From contig JAWMAR010000062.1 of NCBI GenBank assembly GCA_036785375.1, forward strand, positions 7,440,001-7,504,000: 64,000 nt of DNA, in the 5' to 3' direction. The notes beneath the pieces were generated by a model that ran no database searches, was not told the DNA's origin, and saw only the letters and a list, made by a program, of their open reading frames with translations. Made by a program: the position numbers and the translations under genes. Below, one piece after another: positions 25,855 through 37,050 of the stretch; within the stretch, counting starts at the first letter, position 1, and every line of letters starts with the position of its first letter. The stretch comes from Leucoraja ocellata (lineage: Eukaryota).

Positions 25855-26175
25855 GAGCCAGCATTTAATTGCCCTTGAAAAGATGGACACGAGCTGCCTT
25901 CTTCAATAACTGCAGTCCTTGAGGTATGAGCATACCCAAAACAGCTTCTAAGGAGTTCCAGGATTTTGACCCAGCGATGATGAAGGAACAGCGATACAAT
26001 TCCAAGTCAGGATGGTGTATGGCTTGGAGGGGAATTTCTAAGTGTTGCCCTTCTAGCTGGTAGAAGTTTGATTTTGGAAGGTGCTGTCTCAGGAGCATTG
26101 CTGAATTGTTGCAGTGCATCATGTAGCTGATAAAAACCATTACTAGTATGCACAGTAGCCCAGTGGAGTGAGTAA
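25855..26175 (-). mobile_element. CR1/L2-group LINE 3' end
   Basis: MHCNNSAMLLRQHLP...SWNSL resembles a LINE C-terminus. Confidence 0.55.
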
Positions 26176-26179
26176 ATGG

Positions 26180-26495
26180 TTTTAGTTTAGTTTAGTTTAG
26201 TGTGGAGATACAGTGAAGCAACATGGCCTTTGGCCCACGAGTCTGCATAGACTAGCGATCCCTGAGCATTAACGCTACCCTATACACACACTAAGGACAT
26301 TTTTCTTCACACTTACGCCAATTAACCTACAAAGTTGTACACCTTAGGAGTGTGGGAGGGAACCGAAGATCTGAGAGAAAGCCCATGCATGTCACAGGAA
26401 GAACATACATATTCCGTACAGACAGCACCGGTAATCAGGATCGAACCCGGGTCCCTGGCGCTGTAAGGCAGTAGCTATACCGCTGCACCACCATA
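26180..26495 (-). mobile_element. HE1/V-SINE-like SINE
   Basis: Reverse B box GGATCGAACC at ~26438; (tttag)n tail. Confidence 0.82.
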
Positions 26496-26887
26496 GCGTA
26501 CAATGCCGCTATGGATGGGTTGTTATCAATTGTCACCCCAAAAGAATATCCAGACTAAAAGCAGTATAACTTCTGCACACAAATAGTAAAGTTTGGTTTC
26601 TAGACCGTGGGCCGAGGTGCTTTTTCATTTCATTTTGTGACCCACATCCCATATCTCCCTGTATTTATAACATTGTGTAAAAATATTATAGAAATCATAC
26701 CTGAAACTTGTCAAGAAGAAAACCTGTGCATATTTTTTAAAATACCGCGTAGTAATTGTCCAATCAAAGCACGTTTGACATTAAGTCGGATGCCTATTGA
26801 CCTATCACATGCTATGTTTCAGGCTAGCTAGGCAGAGAGCACTCTGGGGTCATGGAGGAGAGGAAGGATAGTGCAAGAGATTTTAAC

Positions 26888-27557
26888 CAAAGATGATAGA
26901 GTGGAGCAAGATACGCCATTCAGCGAAAAAAGCGTAGTACGTCATGGGTGATCACGCCATTTTAATGGGCTGCCTCAATACTGTCATGGCGTCCACATCT
27001 ACATCCAGAGCCCACTGTTCTGCTATAAATTGCTCTAATCGCCAATGTAGACGACCCTACCTGTCTTTCTTCAGGTTCCCCAATAACAAAGAAAGGTGAG
27101 GAAATATTATTGTTTTCTGTCGATATTATTCTGTCCTGAAAATGTTACTTTCTGTTCCCCCATCAATGGTCATTGGGAAACTAGGTTTGTCGGTACATTA
27201 GAAAGTTATTAGATTTAAAAAAAATAGATCTATACTTACCACAATAATCGTCATCAATTTTTGTACTTCTGTACATTTTTGTTTTTGCTCTTGTAAAGCA
27301 GGCGTCTCCAAAATATGGCCCACGGGACACATCAGGCGCGTCACGAGATTTTTCAAGCTCAGATTTGAGTCGGGGAGCGAGGCCCGGGCTGCACTTAGTG
27401 TTGTCACTGGTTAGGTCCCTCGAATTGTCAGAACTGAGACATCACAGGGCTATCGTGAAGAAGGGTGCAATGGTGGGAGGGGGGTTCGGCGGCAGACAGA
27501 ATGGACAGCTGCGCGTTATAACATGCCATCGTTCCTCTCTCCCTTCTCCCTCTCTTC
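26888..27557 (+). mobile_element. Probable 5' end of a P-like (THAP) DNA transposon
   Basis: CAAAG start resembles the CANRG termini of P elements and lies ~100 bp before a THAP exon; no right terminus found; runs into a gap. Confidence 0.4.
26986..27095 (+). CDS. THAP zinc-finger first coding exon (36 codons + 2 nt)
   Basis: gtcATGG start; MASTSTSRAHCSAINCSNRQCRRPYLSFFRFPNNKE(R) has C-x4-C and LSFFRFP; ends at an AG|GTGAGG donor in phase 2, as in THAP genes. Confidence 0.8.
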
Positions 27558-27794
27558 NNNNNNNNNNNNNNNNNNNNNNNNNNNNNNNNNNNNNNNNNNN
27601 NNNNNNNNNNNNNNNNNNNNNNNNNNNNNNNNNNNNNNNNNNNNNNNNNNNNNNNNNNNNNNNNNNNNNNNNNNNNNNNNNNNNNNNNNNNNNNNNNNNN
27701 NNNNNNNNNNNNNNNNNNNNNNNNNNNNNNNNNNNNNNNNNNNNNNNNNNNNNNNNNNNNNNNNNNNNNNNNNNNNNNNNNNNNNNNNNNNNNN
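27558..27794. other. Assembly gap
   Basis: Run of N. Confidence 1.
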
Positions 27795-28659
27795 GGTTAC
27801 TCAAGAGGAAGAATGAGAAATTCCCATTACCCACATAAAATTGTGCAAATGACGATGTATTTATTATTATATATCTCGTGCACAAAAATGATGTAAATTA
27901 TGTAAATATTACCATGAATGACGGAAATAAAAAGTGTTTTCCTTGTTTATGAATTTAGAATTATTTGAAATTGTGGGGGTTGGTGCAATATACTGCTGAC
28001 CCACAAATGTGTCATTATGAGACATTAACAATTTTAAAATCCATGTCTCAAAAAAAAGCAAGAAGGTCTGCATGTTATTTGACCAACTTATCGGCTGAAT
28101 TTAAATATGTAGGTATGTATGCACTACATTGTATTACACTAATATAGAATGAAAGAATGGAAAAATATGTTGACATTGTGTTCATGGATATTTCATTCAC
28201 AATATTAGGATTTCATAACTATATAATTAAAAATCTAAACTTGACCTCTTCCTGTTTGTGCTGTATATTGATTTTAGAAAAAAATCACTCCCACTTACAG
28301 CTGTGATTTTTGGCCATCTTACTCAATGTCCCCCTCCCTCTCATCAGGTGTAGAGGGTTTTTCCCATCGATGAAAAATAAAACTTATTAATGTTTAAAAA
28401 ATGTTGAGATTCTCTCTCCTGTCAATCACGCCACATAGGCAACACCCATTCCGGTGGGAGAGGGAGGGATTATAAAACCGAGAAGTGTGGATGTGCCTCA
28501 GTTGCTGCAAGATGGGGAGGGAGAGGCCACGACTCTCAAGCTGAGCTGTGAATCAACTGAACACTGAACGCATGTCTACTAAACTGTGAGTGTGGTTTTA
28601 TGTGGTTTTATGTGGTTTATTTGGAACTGTGTTTGGAAGGAATAAATGTTTTTATGTGC

Positions 28660-28920
28660 CTTTAAACTGTGCCTTTTAACTGTGCCTTTTAACTGTGCCT
28701 TTTAACTGTGCCTTTTAACTGTGCCTTTTAACTGTGTCTTTAAACTGTGCCTTTAAACTGTGCCTTTAAGCGGTGCCTTTAAATGGTGCCTTTAAACTGC
28801 CTTTTAACTGTGGCTATTGGAACTGTGCGGCTAATTGTAAATTGTGCGGCTATTGAAAATGTGCGGCTATTGAAAATGTACGGCTATTGCAACTGTGCGG
28901 CTCTTGCAACTGTGCGCCTT
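28660..28920. repeat. 13-bp (aactgtgcctttt) minisatellite grading into ~16-bp units
   Basis: Directly visible. Confidence 0.9.
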
Positions 28921-29639
28921 TGGCAGGAATAAACGCTTTATTAGGTCCGACCCTGTTTAATGCAAAAGTCCCGCTCATTTCGTGAATTCCGCTTAGTGGA
29001 CAGGTCAGGCTGATTTCGTCATTTCCGGTGATTGCCAAGGTTGTGCTGAATGCGGAAGTGTTGCTGACTGCGGAAGGCGCAAGTGGAGATGCCGCGCTCA
29101 GCCGTTTGAGTATTGAAAAAAGTTTATTGCCATATATATGGTGTGTGTGTGTCTTTGTGTTTGTGTGAGTGTCAGTGTGTCTTTGTGTGTGGCTGTGTGT
29201 GTGTCTGTGTGTCTGTGTGTCTATGCGTGTGTCTGTGCGTGTGTCTGTCTGTGCATGTGTCTGTCTCTGTGCGTGTCTGTGTATAAGTGTGTGTGTGTGT
29301 GAGTGTCTGTGTGTGTGTGAGTGTCTGTCTGTCAGTCTGTCTGTGTGTCTGTCTGTGCCTGTGAGTGTGTGTTTCTATGAGTGTGTGTGTGTGTCTGTCT
29401 GTGTGAGTGTGTGAGTGTCGGTGTGAGTGTATGAGTGTCTGTGTGAGTNNNNNNNNNNNNNNNNNNNNNNNNNNNNNNNNNNNNNNNNNNNNNNNNNNNN
29501 NNNNNNNNNNNNNNNNNNNNNNNNNNNNNNNNNNNNNNNNNNNNNNNNNNNNNNNNNNNNNNNNNNNNNNNNNNNNNNNNTTGAGTGTATGTGTCTGTGT
29601 GTGAGTATATGTCTGTGTGTGTGTGAATGTATGTGTGTG

Positions 29640-29882
29640 CACTCTGCTTAAAATGCTGTGAAATTGGATTTGCTGGCCTGCACTCCGCTTGGTGCTGTGA
29701 GGTTGGACTTTCTGCCTACACTCTGCTTGGAGTGCTGTGGGATTGGACTTCCTGTCTGCACTCTGCTTGGAGTGCTGTGAGGTTGGACTTGCTGCCTGCA
29801 CTCTGCTTGGAGTGCTGTGAGGTTGGACTTGCTGCCTGCACTCTGCTTCAAGTGCTGTGAGATTGGATTTCAGGCCTGCACT
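29640..29882. repeat. 40-bp minisatellite (ctctgcttggagtgctgtgaggttggacttgctgcctgca)
   Basis: About six units; preceded by a TG-rich tract at 29140-29640. Confidence 0.9.
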
Positions 29883-30948
29883 GAATTATGATGTTGGAGG
29901 CAAATTCTCAGATTTTCTTTTTTTTAATTTGACCGCCAAATCTCTCTATATTAAAATGGTCTTTTTTTTAAAAATCAACAGCAAAGCATCATCAAGAGGC
30001 CATGAGCAGCAGAACACAACAATAGCCACAACAAGAAAGAACTTAATAAATCTCAACTTTAACATTTAAATTGTTGTTATATTTTAAGAGTCATTCACAT
30101 TTTAAACTTTAATAAATCCTTTTTCCACTTGCCATGCCTGCATGTTCTTCATCACAATGGGAACCTAATAGGCAGGAATGGCTGCACTGTCGGAGAGCCA
30201 ATGGGGGGAGGTTGAGGGGAGATGGACTGAATGCATGGGAGGGAGGGGAATGGCAAGGAGCAGAGTGGAAGGTGAAGTGAGGAGGGGTGACTCAGTTTAT
30301 GCCATCACACCAGCCATGAGTGACTGCGCTGCCAGTCCACCAGCCATGAGTAAGTGAACTGCTAGCCCACCAGCTGTCAGTGACTGAAGTGCCAGCCCAC
30401 CAGCCATGACTCACTGAACTACAAGTCCACAAAACCATTCAGCCAACAATATCCATACTAGCCCTCTGGAAACCAGTCCCTTCAGCGCACAACACCCATA
30501 CTAGCATTCCAGAGATCCACGCAAGGATAGACTTTCCTCCTTCATTGCTGTGATCTGTAAAAAAAGATGAAAATGTCTAAAATGTCTAAAATTCCTCAGC
30601 TGCCAGCCTGCCAGGCCTGAGTTACTGAGCTGCCACCCTGCCAGGCATGAGTTACTGAGCTGCCAGGCCTGAGTGACTGTGCTGCCAGGCCTGAATGACT
30701 GAGCTGCCAGGCCTGAGTGACTGAGCTGCCAAGCCTGAGTGACTGAGCTGCCAGCCCAAGAATCCATTTGGCCCACAATGTCCATGCTAACCCTCTGGGA
30801 GCCAGTCCCTTTGGCCCACAGCACCCATACTAGCGCTCCAGAAAGTCCCCCACCCCCCACTGGCCAGCAATATTGGAATTGGTGGAGAGGTGGAATATTG
30901 CATTAGGGGACCAGCCCTCCCATGTGATGCCAGTCCCAATTAGTCTAG

Positions 30949-32000
30949 TAACTATTAAAAGTCTGATCTTGTATGTGGATTTGTTTTTCTGTTATTACAA
31001 AATCAGCTAAACTCTACGTGGTAACGATAAAATGTTTACATATTTCGGTAGACATTTTTTCCGTGGAGTCCAAAATCAACCTTATCTGAAAATTTCATGC
31101 TTTATTTCTCAAGATTACTGAAAATATTTAAAAATCCTTTTAAAATTCAAAACTTTGAATTAAAAAATGACTGCCTTTCGCTGATGACGTCACAATGGGT
31201 CTGCTCTGCATGCCGTCTTCCTCGTGCTGCGAGTGACGTCACCCCTCCTCAAAAGACGCAGAAAGAACGAGCAAGTCAGGCCCTGTACTCATCCCGGGTC
31301 GGCGCATGGTGGGGAGGTTGCTGCCACAGGCCGAGCCCGGCGACTGGAGCTGGAGCTGGAGCTAGAGCGGGTGAGTATTGCATTCGGGAACCAGCTCCCC
31401 CTGTGACATCATGCCCTCCCCCCACCCCTCAAACTCTATACTGCTCCCTCTCTTTCCCTCCTTCCCCTCAAACTCTACCCCCCTCTCTCTCTGCTCCCCC
31501 CGCTCCCCCCGCTCCCACTCTGCCACCCCCGCTCCTTCTCAGCCCCCCTCCCATTCCCTCTCTGCCCCCCCTCCCTCCCTCTCAGCCCCCCGCCCCCTCT
31601 GCTTCTGCCTCTGCCCTCAGCCTCTGCCCTCGGCCCTCTGCCCTCTGTCTCTGCCTCCGTCTCTGCCCTCTGTCTTTTCCCTCTGCTCTGCCCTCCCTCT
31701 GCCCCCGCCCTCCCTCTGCCCCACCCTCCCTCTGCTCCCACCCTCTTTCTGCCCCTGCCCTCTCTTCCTCTCCCTCTCTAGCTGTGCCTGTGAGTTGGGG
31801 GCTATGCGTGAGTGGATGGGGTAAATGGAGCAAATTAATAATATTAATGTAATATGAAGGTGGCATGTTTTTAGTGTGTGTGTGTGTGGGGTGGTTAGTG
31901 CGTGTGTGACGCCACAGGCAGCCCACCCCCACCCCCCTCCCCCTCCCCCCCACAACCGTGCATTGTGGGGACAGGACCTAACGGGTCACACTTGGTCTAG
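30949..32000 (+). mobile_element. Non-autonomous Helitron-like element, family B
   Basis: 5' ...attaaaagtctgatcttg directly after the family A CTAG; 3' GGACCTAACGGGTCACACTTGGTCTAG|T at 32000; two TGACGTCA sites. Confidence 0.75.
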
Positions 32001-32169
32001 TTTTATCTAAATTTGTGCCAAGTTTTAGGTAGATACCAGACATGGGTCACGAAAGTTAAATTCTAGATGCTTTTTCGATGCTCGGCCCGCAGTGCCAAGG
32101 AACTTCTGTGAAAACAAACTTACCATTGCAATATAGAAAGCAGACTGGTTCACGGTATAAGCACTTAAA

Positions 32170-32490
32170 AAATATATATTTGTTGGTTGAGGATTAAGTA
32201 TTGAGAGAAGATTGAGAGTGAAGAGTGCTTAATTGTTATATGTACCGGCAACAAAACAATTACATTTCTACTCGCTGCTGCTTTACAGACCCATTAACAG
32301 GCCCAATATCTTTCCTGTTCTTCACATCTTGAATCATGCCAAATGATATTTGACATTCACGTGAAGAGGTAGATGGAGCCTTGGTTCAATCTTTCTTCCA
32401 GGAGATGGCAGCTCCAGCAGTGCAGTCTCCCCTCGAATTGCACTGGAGAAATAACCTAGATTTTTTTTATGCTCCAGTCTCTAGGAAGAG
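32170..32490 (-). mobile_element. DeuSINE (SacSINE1-like) with a small nested insertion
   Basis: cagcagtgcagtctcccctc...gcactgg segment shared with 57010-57140; ggttgagggattaagtattg is Deu-like. Confidence 0.5.
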
Positions 32491-32818
32491 ATAACTGAAT
32501 AATTTTTAAATGTCAAATTTTAACACTTTCCTTCATTCACTGAGATTTGCACCTGTTGGATATTTTTAAACATTTATTTTTGAAATGGTGAAATTAAGCA
32601 CAATGAAGACTGTTGTTGCTGGCATACCAAAGCACATTTTAAACCATGATGCGGTGGTCAATAATTGAGATGATCTGTTAACTGCCATCAAACTCCTCAT
32701 AATCTAGAGCGATTATCTGGAAGTCCCTCACAATGGCAGCTTCAGCATAACTGCAGGGGATAGAGCGTCCATTGTGTTTTATTATTATTGATTGTTACTG
32801 AGGGAGTTCCAAAGGATG

Positions 32819-33232
32819 AGTGAGGCTAAACGCAAATTCGAGGAGCTGCAACTCATATTTTGCCTGGGCAGCTTACAGCCCAATGGTATGAATTTTGATT
32901 TCTCTCACTTCAGGTAGCCCTAGCATTCCCTCTCTCTTTCCCTCCTCCACCCAAGTCACACTAGCATCTAATTTTCACCCTACAAACAGCTAACAATGAC
33001 CTATTGCCTTTATCATCATTCATTTTTTGCATTTCTTTCAATCATTGTTCCTTATCTCTCCACATCACCATCTATATCTCTCGTTTCCCTTATCCCTAAC
33101 CAGTCTGAAGAAGGGTCTCGACCCAAAACATCACCTATTCCTTCTCTCCAGAGATGCTGGCTGTCTCACTGAGTTACTCCAGTTTTTTGTGTCTATCTTC
33201 GGTTTAAACCAGTATCTACAGTTCCTTCTTAC
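32819..33232 (+). mobile_element. Penelope-like element 3' end: GIY-YIG C-terminus, UTR and hammerhead-like motif
   Basis: 32819-32917 encodes SEAKRKFEELQLIFCLGSLQPNGMNFDFSHFR*; CTGAAGAAGGGTCTCGACCCAAAACATC at 33105-33132. Confidence 0.8.
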
Positions 33233-33239
33233 TTAAACA

Positions 33240-33570
33240 GCCGCGGGACTTGCTAGCACCCACCGGGGGCTTCAGTGTCGGGACCCGGAGCAGCGCCTTG
33301 CATCGCCCGGCGCGGCTTTAAATGGCCGCGGGACTTTCTAACGCCCGCCGGGGGCTTTGACTTTGACTTTGACCGGGAGAAGAATGGAGAGCAGGGGAGA
33401 GACAAGACTTTGCCTTCCATCACAGTGAGGAGGAGATTCGCTGTGATGGATGTTTGTGTGGATTGTGTTGGTGTGTGTCTTGGTTCTTTTCTTGTTGTAT
33501 GACTGCAGAAACCAAATTTCATTTCAACTTCATGTGAGGTTTAAATGACAAATAAACGGTATTGTATTGT
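33240..33570 (+). mobile_element. GC-rich non-autonomous retroelement, 3' part
   Basis: Core gactttgccttccatcacagtgaggagg shared with ~41150, ~43800 (minus) and ~15930 (minus); aataaa and short-repeat tail. Confidence 0.65.
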
Positions 33571-34539
33571 ACTCAAAAGGATGTAATATCTATTAGCGAA
33601 TGCATATACTGTAACTACAAACCAGTTCCTTATTGGAAAGGTAAAGGCACTGTCTAGTGAATAGTACAAATAGAGAGACTTGATAGTTTGGGAAAGGGTT
33701 TGACAGTCATCATTTAAATGCATGCTTTTCATCTTACCATTATAGTCCTGAAAAAAATTGAGGCGAAAACACACTTTGAATAGGCATTGAGATGCATTCA
33801 AAGTTCAAAGATTGTGAAACACTTAGCTGTCCCTGACTGTGACTGAAAAATTATTTTATAAATTGTACAATTCCATTGCATCATTAGCTTTACATTTCTA
33901 CCTACAAAGAAAAAAAATAACATTGTTTTCATAAAGAATGATTTTCTAAGCAAGACCTTCGTTTGTTCTGTGGCTTGTTGTCACGTTTTGCTTAATTATC
34001 TTCCTGAGAAGCACTTTGGAATTACTTAGTATATTGTAAATCTTATTTATTGCAGTTGGTTTTGATGTTTCCATGCAGCAGGTCTACCATTAGAAGAATG
34101 CTTGGCTTTTAAGATCACAAGCTAATTATAATAAAGTAGGCCATTTATCCTATCTGAATTCAATCATTATGAATACTCAAAGGTAGTTTTGTAATTTATT
34201 CCAGGGTTTACGATTTCACCAAACAATCTGAAAGTAAGTCATTTGGGACTTCAAGCCAGTTATGCCATTCTTTATGATCATGGTTGATCATCCAAATGCA
34301 GTCCATTGTTCCAGCCTTCTCTCTGTATTACTATCTCTCTAGTTCTGAGGAAAATATGAGTGAATTCATTTAATAATTTAGCTATTAAATTAGATGCAAT
34401 AATGATATTCAGAATTAGACACAATGTTCATTCAACGGAAAAATAGTATAGACAATAGAGATATCACAGTGTGGGACCACTTGGACGGCTACATCGACAA
34501 GTCAACATGGACGCGATGAGCTACTTCGGCTCCTTTATA

Positions 34540-34717
34540 TGGAGACAAGGAATTCCAGATGCTGGTTTCCCAAGGAAAGATTAAAAAAAAACTGGACTAG
34601 CTCAATGGGTCAGGCAACATCCCTGGATAGTTTCGATAGTGATGTTTCGAGTCGAGACCCTTCATCTGAAGAAAAATCCTGACACAAAATGGTACCTATC
34701 CATATTTTCTGTGGATG
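34540..34717. mobile_element. Palindromic Penelope-type terminal element
   Basis: gtgatgtttcgagtcgagacccttc followed by ctgaagaa...cctatccat. Confidence 0.55.
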
Positions 34718-35545
34718 CATTTTGGGTTAGGATCACCAGCTTCCTGACAGACAGGAAGCAGCATGTGAAGCTGGGAAAGCATGTCTTGGACCCGCAAACA
34801 CTCAGCATAGGAGCATCGCAAGGCTGCGTACTCTCCCCTCTCCTCTACTCTCTCTACACCAATGACTGCATCTCCACTGACTCCTCTGTCAAGCTTCTCA
34901 AGTTTGTAGACTATACAACCCTGATTGGACTGATCCAGGGTGTGGAAGAATCTGCCCAAAGACGGGAAGTGGCACAGCTGGCAGCCTGGTGCCATGGCAA
35001 CAACCTGGAGCTCAATGTTCTTAAGTCAGTGGAATTGATTGTAGACTTTAGGAGAGCTCCCCCTTCCCTCACCCGACTCACCATCAACAACCACAGTCAC
35101 ATCTGTGGAGTCTTTTAAGTTCCTGGGAACCATCATCTCCAAGGAGCTTAAGTGGGGGGCTGCCATCGACTATACAGTCAAAAAGGCACAACAGAGGATG
35201 TACTTCCTGCGGCAGCTGAGGAAGCACAATCTGCCACAGGCAATGATGGTCCAATTCTATACCAGCAACGTAGAGTCTGTCCTCACCTTCTCCATCATGG
35301 TCTGGTTTGGCTCAGCCACCAAGCACGACATCTGGAGGCTGCAGCAAATCGTCCGACCAGCTTAGAAGGTTATTGGCTGCAACCTTCCCTCCATTGATGA
35401 ACTGTACACTGCAAGGGCCAGGAAACAAGCGGGTAAGATCATTTCTGACCCCTCTCATCCTGGCCACAAACTCATTGAATCATTTCCCTCTGGAAGGCGG
35501 CCCTGGACTGTAAAAGCTGGCACAGCCAGACATAAAAACAGCAGA
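34718..35545 (+). mobile_element. Rex1/Babar LINE RT fragment (pseudogene)
   Basis: ITSFLTDRKQHVKLG...QGCVLSPLLYSLYTNDC...KFVDYTTLIGLI...FKFLGTII...KKAQQRMYFLRQL; frameshift at ~35095 and a stop. Confidence 0.92.
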
Positions 35546-35569
35546 ATAAAACAGCATTCATTCAAATAA

Positions 35570-37050
35570 CATTGAAAATAAACGAGATGGTCTCACTGAT
35601 GATGTCACAATGGATCTGACTGCCTGCCTCTGCTCACGCTGCGAGTGACGTCACCCCTGTTCTGTCTTCTGTACTTCTTGGCTTCTTAACTTTCACTTCT
35701 TTAAATTTGTCACTTAGTGGTTTTAAACTGCTGCTCAGGTCATGCTGTGCGTTCTGCTGGGCTCCTTGAAGTTCTAGAACATGGCGTCGGCGGTCGTTAT
35801 CACTGCGCTGGCGTGGGGCAGCCAAGTGGGAAGGTGGCCGTGGCAGCCATTACTCCCTCTGGGAGAGGCCGTCTATGGAGACCTGCGATTCCTCTGTCGA
35901 TTGCAGGGACTCGGGGAATCGTGATGCCTTTTCCTCGCTGGTGATCCCAATTCCACCTGGCTATCCCTGGCCATCACGGGTGACGACCTCGCTCCGTCTC
36001 CCCTGTCTGATCATCTGTCATGCGGGTGGGTGTGCTTCCCCCCGCGGAAGCCATGATCGGCTGGCCCTCCACTGCTTTTGATCGCCCTCAGATCGCACCC
36101 GCCCGTGGCCTCCCTCGAGTCTCCGCCATCTGCTCAACGTGGGCCCAGAAGCCTGCTCACCCACAGCCTGCTCAACCACCTGGCTCCCCTCCTCCTCTCT
36201 CCCCTCCTCCTCTCTCCCCCCTCTCTCCCCCCCCTCTCTCCACCACATCCTATCTCCCCCTCCTCTCTCCCCCTCCTCCTCTCCCCCTTCTTCCTCTCCC
36301 CTCATCCTCTCCCCCTCCCCTCTCCTCCCCCTCCTCTCTCCCCCCCTCCTCTCTCCCCCCTCTCTCCCCCCCCTCTCTCCACCACATCCTATCTCCCCCT
36401 CCTCTCTCCCTTCAACCCCCCTCTCCCCCTCTCTCACCCCCTGCCCCCTCTCTCACCCCTCCTCTCTCTCCTCCTCCCTCTCTCACCCCTTCCCCCCTTC
36501 AGCTCGGCCCGGGCCCCCCCCCTCACCCCCTCTCTCTCTCCCCCACTCTCTCTCCCCCTGCTATCTCTCCCCCTTTCTCTCTCTCCCCGCTCTCTCTCTT
36601 CCCCCGCTCTCTCTCCCCTGCTATCTCTCCCCCTTTCTCTCTCTCCCTGCTCTTTCTCCCCCTCCCCCCTCTCTTCCCCCCCTCTCCCCCTCTCTTCAAC
36701 CCCCCACTCCCTCCACTCCCCGCTCTCTCTGTCTCTGCCCTCTCTCTCTTTGCCTCTCTGTCTCTGCCCCTCTCTGTCTGTCTCTGCCCCCTCTCTCTCT
36801 GCCCTCGCTCTACACCCCCTCCCCCTCCCTCTCTAGATGCGCCTGTGAGTTGGGGAGTGGATTGGGCGGGGATGAGGTAAAAGGAGTGAATGAATAATAT
36901 TAATATAATATCAAGGGGTTGGTTAGTGTGTGTGGGGGGGCGGGGGAGGTGGGGGTGGGGGGCAGTATTTAGTATGTGCGTGACACCACAAGCCCCCCCA
37001 TCGCAACTGCGCGTCGAGGGGAAGGACCCAATGGGCCCCACTTGGTCCAG
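35570..37050 (+). mobile_element. Helitron family B copy with a different captured segment
   Basis: Shares ctgatgatgtcacaatgg...gcgagtgacgtcacccct with 31180-31245; 3' GGACCCAATGGGCCCCACTTGGTCCAG|T. Confidence 0.72.

Larger units (their letters stand above)
28218..30948 (+). mobile_element. Non-autonomous Helitron-like element, family A (long copy)
   Basis: Conserved 5' module with TATAAAA at 28471 and Inr-like A at 28500; ends TAGTCTAG|T at 30948; gap at 29449-29580. Confidence 0.75.

Noticed and set aside
36020-36897. 250-290 aa Pro/Ser/Leu-rich ORFs (also 18388-18779 and 31097-31852)
   Set aside because: CT-rich low-complexity tracts lack stop codons; no protein signal.
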